IMG/VR virus record: IMGVR_UViG_3300035670_009001
DNA length: 64,000 nucleotides
From: an uncultured virus (IMG/VR IMGVR_UViG_3300035670_009001)
Taxonomy: Duplodnaviria; Heunggongvirae; Uroviricota; Caudoviricetes
Reading direction: 5' to 3' (one strand)
The translations under genes and the position numbers were made by a program. The notes below the pieces were generated by a model. That model ran no database searches. It was not told where the DNA came from and saw nothing but the letters and a program-made list of their open reading frames with translations. Positions 29,666 to 38,170 of this stretch are shown piece after piece; positions within the stretch are counted from its first letter, which is position 1; each line of letters starts with the position of its first letter.

Positions 29666-30471
29666 ATCAAATTATTTGGTAAATAACCTCTGAAATTTGT
29701 GTATAGGTGATTTTTTAACTTTTCAGCATAAATTTTATTGTGTAAAGGTCCAGGATGCATATAATCGACACCATAATCCTCAAATTTACCATATAGTCCA
29801 TCAAACCGATTGAATTCCCCGTATATCAGAGGTATTCCATTCCAACCATTCCACATCCAATTACACTTTTTATATCCCAAAAAATATTTTATCAATAAAT
29901 GATTTTTATACCAATTCATAAAATCTTCGTTATCATTCTGAATTGATGACAAATGGTTTTGTAATTCTTGTCCATCCTCAGTTTCTTTTATATATCCCCA
30001 CTGTGATGCCACCATGAATGGTTCAATACCACCATCCTTAGTATAAAATTCTCTCCTTTGGGGAGAGGTATACATAATCAAAACCAAATCCGGCTTAATC
30101 AAGTCATAATAAGATATCAGACATCTTGATATATAATCATTACTTCTCCCACCCATACCAAAGTTATGATTAACTCCGTTAGGTATTAATTTGGAAAATT
30201 GAGCCGGCCACGTTTCATCATTATTCACTCCAACACCTTCAGTATTGGAATCACCAATACACATTATTTTAAATCCTTCTTTATTTGTTGAGTCTCCTCT
30301 GAAACCGAGCTCATTATAAGTGTACGTACACAAACGGGTTTGGTCTGAACCAGATGTGTCATAAGATCGATTAACTTTTTCCGACAAATTCCATTTATAA
30401 CTTGAAATTTCGAATTCTTCAGGAGTCCAATATTTCAAATTATCAACACAGGGATGATAAGTTTTATTCAT
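29662..30471 (-). CDS. SGNH/GDSL-fold protein (acyltransferase or esterase)
   Basis: YNELGFRG, IGDSNTEG, DYMHPG. Confidence 0.75.
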   Translation of the reverse strand: MNKTYHPCVDNLKYWTPEEFEISSYKWNLSEKVNRSYDTSGSDQTRLCTYTYNELGFRGDSTNKEGFKIMCIGDSNTEGVGVNNDETWPAQFSKLIPNGVNHNFGMGGRSNDYISRCLISYYDLIKPDLVLIMYTSPQRREFYTKDGGIEPFMVASQWGYIKETEDGQELQNHLSSIQNDNEDFMNWYKNHLLIKYFLGYKKCNWMWNGWNGIPLIYGEFNRFDGLYGKFEDYGVDYMHPGPLHNKIYAEKLKNHLYTNFRGYLPNNLI

Positions 30472-30528
30472 AATATTAATTCGGAAAATACATACTTTTC
30501 TACAATCATAATTGGTCTCCTTCGAAAA

Positions 30529-31668
30529 TTAAATAATATTACTTTCAAATCTACGTAAAAAATATTTTTGTATTATTTGTTTATGAGTGTCGAAATTATG
30601 TAAGTTTAATTTATTGTGTTGGCAAATCCTAATAACTGAATCCGAATTATAAGTTTTAGACAATCTTATTCCGGCATCGATTACAGAATCTTCATTTGTA
30701 CAATCATACTTACCAATTACTGATTCAAATACATCAAATCCAAATTCTTTCAATTTATCTAAATGACCTTTAGATGCGAAAATTACAAATGGAACCCCTA
30801 AAAATATAGGTTTGAATGTTTTTTCGGTAAGATGTATTGGTCGATCAAAAGAATTTGACTCCACAATTAAATTAACTTTAGATTCATAATACCATATAGG
30901 ATTAATAGTATATAAAAACTCATCAGCTTTATCTAATTTTGTCCCATACATAACATCGTCTTGCAACTGAAATGAATTGAAACTATTTATGTCAATCTTT
31001 AAGTACTTAACAAATTCATCCTCTTCATAATCTTTCAAATTTATATAATTACAAACCCAAGTCCAATTTGTTTTATCCAATAATCCTCGTTTCCATAACT
31101 TTTTCAAAAAATCAAATTTATGCTTATGAACTCTTCGGTTTAGACAAATAAATTCTTTGGTTGGATTGTTCGTTTTGTATAAATCTAAATCCCCTAAATA
31201 CTTGTTCATTTCGATTGGGGTTGCTGACAAAAAATGTGGAAAATGAATATAATTTATGTGGTGTTTTCCATATTTTGATTTTCCTTGATTTATATTTGAA
31301 TTATTTGTTACCAAATAAAATTTGTTCAAATTAACACCACATTGTCTAATCCGTGTAATAAATTCGACTCTTTCAGAATCGATGAAAAAATTAGATTCGG
31401 TACTATAATCAGCCAAAAAATAAAATCCAAGATTGTTCATTTCTTTGATTAATTCAAAAAATTCAAACTTATTAGTTTTAAATTTAAAATTAATCGTATG
31501 TTCATTTTTTGGTTCCCACAGAAATACTATAATATTTTTTTTTCTCGAGTCAACAATGTCACTATCATACATCTTAAACTGAACTCCGAAATAATATTCC
31601 ATCAGACATTGAACTCCGCTACCCCCTGTTATAGGGTGGTACCAAAAATGTATATCATTTATTACCAT
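30529..31668 (-). CDS. putative glycosyltransferase, GT10-like paralog 1
   Basis: FICLNRR..HK, NLIVES, LTEKTFKPI...PF, LKEFGFD.F. Confidence 0.55.
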   Translation of the reverse strand: MVINDIHFWYHPITGGSGVQCLMEYYFGVQFKMYDSDIVDSRKKNIIVFLWEPKNEHTINFKFKTNKFEFFELIKEMNNLGFYFLADYSTESNFFIDSERVEFITRIRQCGVNLNKFYLVTNNSNINQGKSKYGKHHINYIHFPHFLSATPIEMNKYLGDLDLYKTNNPTKEFICLNRRVHKHKFDFLKKLWKRGLLDKTNWTWVCNYINLKDYEEDEFVKYLKIDINSFNSFQLQDDVMYGTKLDKADEFLYTINPIWYYESKVNLIVESNSFDRPIHLTEKTFKPIFLGVPFVIFASKGHLDKLKEFGFDVFESVIGKYDCTNEDSVIDAGIRLSKTYNSDSVIRICQHNKLNLHNFDTHKQIIQKYFLRRFESNII

Positions 31669-31682
31669 ATAATTAACTCATA

Positions 31683-32249
31683 CTATATAAACGCTTTGTA
31701 TTTTCTATACTTTTCACCATAAGGAAATTTAATTTTATTCAATTCTTCAATACCAATATAATCAATTAATTTTTTGATTCCATCACCATAATATAATTCT
31801 TCATAAGAAATTATGAAGCTACCTTCGACTTTGTACTTTTGAATCTCTTCTTTGATTTCTATTAAATAATCATCTGATTTGTCTAAAAGTAATGATTCAT
31901 CAAAAAAATATTTACCCCCCCATTTTTTGGTGTTAATTGACGTTAACCATGATTCCCTTTGTTCAACATAATTTTCTCTAAATAAAATTATAATCTTTTC
32001 AGAATTCTGAAGTATATTTTTGTAATTTTTATTCGGCTCACAGATTTCTTTAATGACCAAATGTTTTGTTAAATATTTCCACGTATCAAAATTATTGATG
32101 TTATTTATAACCACTTCTTTATCTGAATACTTTTTATATTCAGAATTAGTCGTTGGTTCAAGAAGCGTGGTGCATTCATTATGTTGCCCTAACCAAAACA
32201 ATAAATTAGTACTTCCAGATCTTGGCTCACTCAATATTGTAATAACCAT
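31683..32249 (-). CDS. sulfotransferase-like protein (Stf0/PAPS-binding)
   Basis: PRSGST PAPS loop, L.EP, L.R.N, ISYEEL. Confidence 0.7.
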   Translation of the reverse strand: MVITILSEPRSGSTNLLFWLGQHNECTTLLEPTTNSEYKKYSDKEVVINNINNFDTWKYLTKHLVIKEICEPNKNYKNILQNSEKIIILFRENYVEQRESWLTSINTKKWGGKYFFDESLLLDKSDDYLIEIKEEIQKYKVEGSFIISYEELYYGDGIKKLIDYIGIEELNKIKFPYGEKYRKYKAFI

Positions 32250-32284
32250 ACTAACTCTTCTTTTACCACAATAGGTTTGATTAA

Positions 32285-33367
32285 TTATATTAAAGTTTTT
32301 ATAGGTGTAATAAATTCTTGTAAGTTACCCCAACAATGATTATTTGGTAAGAAAGAATTAACTTCCTTTATAAATTCTTTATACTCCGAATGAGATTCAT
32401 TCCAAATTTGTTCTAATAAAAACTCCTCTTCAGTAAATGTGCCCCAATTAGTAATTTTATTATAGTATATGTCAGCTTTATTTCCGAAAATAGAATACAT
32501 TAAATCGTAAAACAACTTCATTTCTCGGTAATTTTTTTGTTGTACAACAAACGAAGTTTTTACTTTATTAATCCGTGGTATCGTTGAAATGAACCTTAAA
32601 TTGTCCATCAACACATCCCAATTACCATTTATTCTTGTTTTTGTTTCATAAGTTTCTTTTGTTCCCGCATCAATACTAATTTCGCAACTTTTCACATATT
32701 TGTGTATGTTTGGCATAGATTCCCACATTTCTTTATTCCAACGCGTTGCATTGGTGTGTAGGTGAATTGATTTTAGTTTTGGCCATTTAGTTTTATCAAA
32801 ATTCCTTAAAAAATCTCTAAAACCAACTGACACAAATGGGTCTCCACTGCCTGTTATATATAATGTATTAACTTCACTCCCGTATGCGTCTTCAATGTCT
32901 TGTATATCTTGTTTTACTTTTTTAATTTTTTTACTGTCAGCAATAATCATCTCTAACCTACATGAGGGACATTCAAGATTACAACTCCTATCCATAGAAA
33001 ATTGAATTATCTGTGGTGATGTTAATTTCCCTTCTTTATGTTGCTCTATTTTTAATTTTAAATCGGGGGTTAAATCATCTTTATGGTAAATGGGTTTAAT
33101 TCTACCAACATCTCCGAAGGTCTTTAGTTGATGTAAATATGGGCATTGTGTCTTATCACAATATCTATATGAACCATCTAATATACTGTCTCGAATATCG
33201 TTCGCCTCTTCTGAATTCCACGCTTCGTATGGTTTAGTATCTTCAGGTAAAAATTTAGTTAACCATGACGCGCAACATAAAAATCTTCGATGATCATGAA
33301 TTTCTAAAGAAGTAAACGGAACCGCACAAATATAATTTTTCAAATTGGATTTAGAATTCATAGCCAT
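32285..33367 (-). CDS. radical SAM protein with an N-terminal twitch/SPASM-like Cys cluster
   Basis: CNLECPSC, TGSGDP; N-terminal C..PF..CC..W...C...C. Confidence 0.85.
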   Translation of the reverse strand: MAMNSKSNLKNYICAVPFTSLEIHDHRRFLCCASWLTKFLPEDTKPYEAWNSEEANDIRDSILDGSYRYCDKTQCPYLHQLKTFGDVGRIKPIYHKDDLTPDLKLKIEQHKEGKLTSPQIIQFSMDRSCNLECPSCRLEMIIADSKKIKKVKQDIQDIEDAYGSEVNTLYITGSGDPFVSVGFRDFLRNFDKTKWPKLKSIHLHTNATRWNKEMWESMPNIHKYVKSCEISIDAGTKETYETKTRINGNWDVLMDNLRFISTIPRINKVKTSFVVQQKNYREMKLFYDLMYSIFGNKADIYYNKITNWGTFTEEEFLLEQIWNESHSEYKEFIKEVNSFLPNNHCWGNLQEFITPIKTLI

Positions 33368-33386
33368 ATTAAAGATTAATTTAATC

Positions 33387-33878
33387 TCAAATTATTTTTG
33401 ATTTCCCTAAATCACGTTCTCTTATGTAAAATAATCCAGTATATCTAATACCTTTTGTGATAGGTTTAACTTCGTGATATTCTGTAGATTTATAGTGATA
33501 TAAATCCCCAACATCAGCAACGAATAATTTATCATTTAAAAAAAATTCACCACCTTCATAATCATCATTCAATTTTAAATTTATGTTATATACAAAATCT
33601 TTATTAAATTCGGTGTTTGGATTTCTATCAATATGTCTAGGAAAATAATCTCCTACCGAATATCGTATAACACCTAAATTAACATTCAATATAGATAAAC
33701 CAAATTGTTCTTTTCCGTAATTAACTATTTTATTAGAAATATATTCTTCTGGTTGAAATGTGTAAATATGGTAATGTGGTTCAAGCCCGTACAAGTGTGG
33801 CCGTTTCCAATTATTTTGTTCTTCACAAAACTTTATAATATCATTACATTCATTTCTTGTGAATAATTTTTTATGCAT
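33387..33878 (-). CDS. 2OG-Fe(II) oxygenase (prolyl hydroxylase-like)
   Basis: Y..GD.F..HID, LNDDYEGGE, HEV.PI..G.R. Confidence 0.85.
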   Translation of the reverse strand: MHKKLFTRNECNDIIKFCEEQNNWKRPHLYGLEPHYHIYTFQPEEYISNKIVNYGKEQFGLSILNVNLGVIRYSVGDYFPRHIDRNPNTEFNKDFVYNINLKLNDDYEGGEFFLNDKLFVADVGDLYHYKSTEYHEVKPITKGIRYTGLFYIRERDLGKSKII

Positions 33879-33889
33879 GTGCTTACTAT

Positions 33890-34366
33890 TTACATTAATT
33901 TTTTTTCTCTAACTCTTTCGTATGCTAATATCATACCAACTAACCAATCAGATGTCAATATATCCCTCTCGTGAAATATTTTACTTCCTTCGAATATTAC
34001 GCCATCACCTTGTTCTAAAATTATTTCAATTTTTTCACCACCAATCCAAAGATATAAAGGACTTATAGATGAATCGGATTGTTTAATTAAAACACTAATA
34101 ACAAGTTCACATACATCCTTATGTTTATGAAGTTTTTGTCCTTTGAGTGATTTTCTTGTATATCCTAAAATTGTTTTTACTTTTGTTGAATAAAATTCTT
34201 CAACTTCTATTTTTAATTTTTCGGCATATATATCTGATATGTACCATTTATGTACTATATCAGAATCTTTGACTAACCAATCTTTTTTTTTCTCTAATTT
34301 TTCAAATTCAGAAAAAATGAATTCACATTCATCTAATGATAAAGCATTTTTAATTATTTTATACAT
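33890..34366 (-). CDS. 2OG-Fe(II) oxygenase
   Basis: L.KHKD, GDG.IF.G...HER. Confidence 0.75.
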   Translation of the reverse strand: MYKIIKNALSLDECEFIFSEFEKLEKKKDWLVKDSDIVHKWYISDIYAEKLKIEVEEFYSTKVKTILGYTRKSLKGQKLHKHKDVCELVISVLIKQSDSSISPLYLWIGGEKIEIILEQGDGVIFEGSKIFHERDILTSDWLVGMILAYERVREKKLM

Positions 34367-34406
34367 GTTTATATTGTATACTTGTTATCTGATTTGTATT
34401 TTTTTA

Positions 34407-34982
34407 TCAAATAAAATCTTTATCTTCAATTTTAAAATCAACAAAAGGTTCTTGTACGTTAAGTAATGTATGTAATTTTTTATACATATCATAAGAACCT
34501 TTCGGACCTGGATGATCATCTCGTTTTTCTCCAGTACCTTCTTGCCAATTTGTACTAACTTGTATTAATGAAACGAAATCAGGTGTACATCTATGAAAAT
34601 ATTTACTCCAAGTAACAAATACCGGATTATACTCATTTAAAAAAAATTGTAATTTTTTAAAAAACTTTATTTCATTATCTCGTTCACCATTTATCCACCG
34701 ATAATACTCATCGATTTTCAATAAATCCAACCTATTTATTAAATTACCATTTGCATAAAATCGAGTAGGTATTCTACCGGGGTCAGTAAATACAATCAAA
34801 ACTCTATCTCCAACCTCAAAATCAGGTAAATCCCCCAATTGAAATATTATTGAATTATTATCCGCACCACGAACTCCAAGTTTAATAAGTTCGTAATGAT
34901 GTGACATGTAATACGTCCAATGGTATTTTGGAATATCATAATCAACAAATGAATCACCGAAACAAAATAATCTATGTTTCAT
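34407..34982 (-). CDS. SGNH/GDSL-fold protein
   Basis: CFGDSF, G..N, DDHPG. Confidence 0.7.
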   Translation of the reverse strand: MKHRLFCFGDSFVDYDIPKYHWTYYMSHHYELIKLGVRGADNNSIIFQLGDLPDFEVGDRVLIVFTDPGRIPTRFYANGNLINRLDLLKIDEYYRWINGERDNEIKFFKKLQFFLNEYNPVFVTWSKYFHRCTPDFVSLIQVSTNWQEGTGEKRDDHPGPKGSYDMYKKLHTLLNVQEPFVDFKIEDKDFI

Positions 34983-35014
34983 ACCTATTTGTTTTCATTA
35001 TAGACTATTTTGTA

Positions 35015-35167
35015 TTATAAATGTTTTGTAATAAACAATTCAAAAAATTTATTAACTACAAGTTGAACTCTTTCCTTTTCTTCGGAGGTTAGTTGGGATG
35101 TAGTCCTATTATTAACATCATTTAACGCCTTTTTTTTATATAATGGTGGGTGATTAGCTATATCCAT
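35015..35167 (-). CDS. small protein, 50 aa (MDIANHPPLYKKKALNDVNNRTTSQLTSEEKERVQLVVNKFFELFITKHL), not in the ORF track
   Basis: translated by hand; fills the gap directly after the Hint protein gene. Confidence 0.55.
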   Translation of the reverse strand: MDIANHPPLYKKKALNDVNNRTTSQLTSEEKERVQLVVNKFFELFITKHL

Positions 35168-35196
35168 AATTATTTATTTTTTTATTACTGTCGATT

Positions 35197-37482
35197 TTAT
35201 TGAAAAACGGCTTGTCTTTTAAAGGTTTTATTTAGTAATTCATTATCTCCTAATCCAGAAACTATAAAATCCTCAACTATGAAGTTATGCTCACTTTCAA
35301 ATAAAAGATTACCATCTATTTCTAAATTATAAAAATTATCTACATATTGAATACCTAATTCAACTCCATTTGCTTCGCAAATTGGTTTCCATTCCCCGTT
35401 ATCATAGAATGGGTGTATTCTATCAGAAGTCATTCCCTTATATTTTACAACCTCAACAACATCATTTGTAGGGTGTATTAATTTATCAGTTACAACACCT
35501 CTCACATATTTACCATCCTTATAACTTAAAACGTAGTCTCCTACTTTAATATCCGCAATATTTTTGAAACTACCATCTTCCATTTTTACTTTAGTTTCAG
35601 CAGTGAAACAAATAAGAACGGGACGTAAATTGTGTACTAATACATTATTGGCAAAATATGTATGATATTTTTCAATTTCTGATAAGTTATATACGAGAGT
35701 AGATTCTTCTATCACACTCATGTTAACTAATTTAACATCTCCGTTATGTAATTTTACAACATCGCCAATTTCTATTTTTTCTACTTCTATTTTTTTAGTC
35801 GGTTTAGTTCCTTCAAATGAAACATTATTATAGTCTTCTGGCTCACCTGCATAATTGGCCCATCCCTTATTGATAACATAGATTGGGTGGTCCAATGTCG
35901 CCTTCAAATTAGTTCCATCTGAAAATTCATATTGAACAATCTTATCAATTGTTTTAGAAAAAATATTCAAAACTTTACTAACTTTTGATTGATTATTTTT
36001 CAAATCAAATGACATTACATAATCACCGACTAATATATCTTCAATATTTTTTGTAAGTCCGTTTTTTAACAAAATTTGTGTTCCAGCAACAAAACAAGGG
36101 GCATTATGAGAAACTACCGAATTAATTGCGGTAGAACCATTTATAATGTAAGTATCCGCATCCTCGACATCTAATTCAACATAAGTTAAATTATTGTCAG
36201 TGGTCACATAAAAATTTAATTCATCTATATCTATCAAATTACCGTTAATATCATATAAATAATCTGTTTCAGGATCTATAGTATGTATAGTTTTAAATGA
36301 ACCTGTGTCAGAAGTAGAGTTAAAAGTCAAAAATGATTTTCGTATTCCACTGAAAAAGGAATCACTATCCACTTTCAATTCAAACATACTATTGTATTTT
36401 AAATTTTCCAATTTTTTATAAATAACAATTGAGGATGTTAGATATGAACCACTTGGAAATGTGCTAGTTGGGAAACTAAAATTAGTATTTGATTGTTCTT
36501 CAATAGAACGAGATATATAATAAGATTTTACATAATCACCTACAACAAATTCTGATATGGGTTTATATGTATCTTCATCAGTTAATATTTCGTGAGTTGA
36601 TAATATTCCGGCCGAATCATTTTTAAATAAGTTAGTTGTAAATTCATAATAATGATGATCGGCAATTTTATTTGTATATTGATTTTCAACTATTTCTGAA
36701 GTCAAATCTGTTGGTAAATCAAATATTGAGCTAATTCTATAAGTGTGTAAAGTTAGTACGTCCAAATTAGAACCATATACAATACCGAAAAATCTATATG
36801 ATGTAATGTGGTTGTTTCCATCTACATTAGATGAGTGAAAATGGTATTGTTCTATTAATTTATCTTCTGATAAATTTTCAGTAATAAAATTATTCCATCT
36901 GTCTTCATCTGATTCGTTTTCGGTTTGTGAACCTATTTTAAAGAAATCAATTGGATTGTGTACCTCAGATATATCCTTTATGGTCGCGTCTGGTATATTA
37001 TTTGGATTTATCTCTTTTGTAAGGGTGTTTTTTTCACCTAATGATGATGAATGAAAATATCCGACACAATAATCGTTTATAGAATTATCGGTAAATAAAT
37101 TAAAAACATTTAATCTATTTTTACAATATTCACTATCAAACAAAGCAGATTCATCATAAGCCAATCTTAGAATAAATTTACCTTCGGAATCTTGAACTTG
37201 GGTCGGGTATATGGTATCTATGTCTTCCTTGTGTAAGTTTATAAGACTTATTTCAGGTGCCATAGAAGTTGTAAGTTGATTTACAAATTTTTCTTGAAAC
37301 TCGGTTTTATAGATAATATCCAATTCAGAAATATTATTATCTACTAATATTTGTTTAAAATTAGAAAAATCAAAATTAACTAATTCTTGATTTATAAATC
37401 CTGTATCAGTATTCAATTCTAATAATCTCAAATTACCATTTGAGTCCTTGACAAAATCAGCAGAAAATAATGTTCCTTTCAT
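35197..37482 (-). CDS. ATP-grasp-like domain fused to three tandem Hint (intein-like) domains
   Basis: N-terminal SADFVKDSNGNLRLLELNTDTG; Hint1 aa292-460 (G..VGDYV..VSHN), Hint2 aa463-618 (CFVAGT..T.DHP..LVHN), Hint3 aa625-761 (CFTAET..HPF). Confidence 0.8.
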   Translation of the reverse strand: MKGTLFSADFVKDSNGNLRLLELNTDTGFINQELVNFDFSNFKQILVDNNISELDIIYKTEFQEKFVNQLTTSMAPEISLINLHKEDIDTIYPTQVQDSEGKFILRLAYDESALFDSEYCKNRLNVFNLFTDNSINDYCVGYFHSSSLGEKNTLTKEINPNNIPDATIKDISEVHNPIDFFKIGSQTENESDEDRWNNFITENLSEDKLIEQYHFHSSNVDGNNHITSYRFFGIVYGSNLDVLTLHTYRISSIFDLPTDLTSEIVENQYTNKIADHHYYEFTTNLFKNDSAGILSTHEILTDEDTYKPISEFVVGDYVKSYYISRSIEEQSNTNFSFPTSTFPSGSYLTSSIVIYKKLENLKYNSMFELKVDSDSFFSGIRKSFLTFNSTSDTGSFKTIHTIDPETDYLYDINGNLIDIDELNFYVTTDNNLTYVELDVEDADTYIINGSTAINSVVSHNAPCFVAGTQILLKNGLTKNIEDILVGDYVMSFDLKNNQSKVSKVLNIFSKTIDKIVQYEFSDGTNLKATLDHPIYVINKGWANYAGEPEDYNNVSFEGTKPTKKIEVEKIEIGDVVKLHNGDVKLVNMSVIEESTLVYNLSEIEKYHTYFANNVLVHNLRPVLICFTAETKVKMEDGSFKNIADIKVGDYVLSYKDGKYVRGVVTDKLIHPTNDVVEVVKYKGMTSDRIHPFYDNGEWKPICEANGVELGIQYVDNFYNLEIDGNLLFESEHNFIVEDFIVSGLGDNELLNKTFKRQAVFQ

Positions 37483-37501
37483 AATATATTCCTTTTAATT
37501 G

Positions 37502-37508
37502 ATAAATA
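37502..37508 (-). promoter_or_regulatory. TATTTAT motif upstream of the Hint gene
   Basis: ataaata about 20 nt upstream of the ATG. Confidence 0.35.
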
Positions 37509-37525
37509 TCCCAGTAATCATTTCG

Positions 37526-38020
37526 TTATATTATATTAATTTCTCTTTTGATTGAACTTTTACTGATAAAAGATATGAGAGACCATCTTTCTCCCATCGT
37601 AACTTCTTTGACTTCGTGTAGTTTACTTCCATAAAACGAATATATCGAGCCCTTAATTTTTGGCATTACTATTTTTGGATTATAACAAATTAATTCACCA
37701 CCCTCATAGTCATCATTAAGACAAGCTCCAATATTAAATTCGCTTCTTTTATCCACATGAGGTTCAAATTTATTACCTGACTGAACGTTCTGTAAATGTA
37801 TCAGACTTAACGGTTCTATTAATCTAATTTTGGTACTCGATTCTAAATAGTTTGTAAGTCTTTCGAAAATCCATTCTGTATCCTCATCCCTCGTAATATG
37901 CCATGCAAAATAAATCGTTTCATTACTTTGCCACCATTCACTCGAATAATGTTTTTCAAAAATATTAGATAGTGAAATAATTTTTTCACATTCTTCTATC
38001 GTAAATTTTATCTCGTTCAT
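37526..38020 (-). CDS. 2OG-Fe(II) oxygenase
   Basis: F.PHVD, LNDDYEGGE, HEV.EV..GER; paralog of 33387..33878. Confidence 0.85.
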   Translation of the reverse strand: MNEIKFTIEECEKIISLSNIFEKHYSSEWWQSNETIYFAWHITRDEDTEWIFERLTNYLESSTKIRLIEPLSLIHLQNVQSGNKFEPHVDKRSEFNIGACLNDDYEGGELICYNPKIVMPKIKGSIYSFYGSKLHEVKEVTMGERWSLISFISKSSIKREINII

Positions 38021-38053
38021 TCAACTCTATTAGAATTATATCATATAATAAAT

Positions 38054-38170
38054 TCAATGGTTGTAAATAAAAGGGTCTCTTTTCTTTAACTCTTCAATTT
38101 TCTTTTTTAACTCTTTTTTCCTTTTGTGGTCTTTAATTTTTTTCAAAAACCAATTGATAATTTTTTTCAT
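38054..38170 (-). CDS. small Lys-rich protein, 38 aa (MKKIINWFLKKIKDHKRKKELKKKIEELKKRDPFIYNH), not in the ORF track
   Basis: ATG overlaps the carbamoyltransferase stop (ATGA). Confidence 0.65.
   Translation of the reverse strand: MKKIINWFLKKIKDHKRKKELKKKIEELKKRDPFIYNH

Noticed and set aside
35197..36609. Hint domains read as ordinary mobile inteins
   Set aside because: There is no homing endonuclease, no +1 Cys/Ser/Thr after either HN, and no interrupted host protein resumes afterwards
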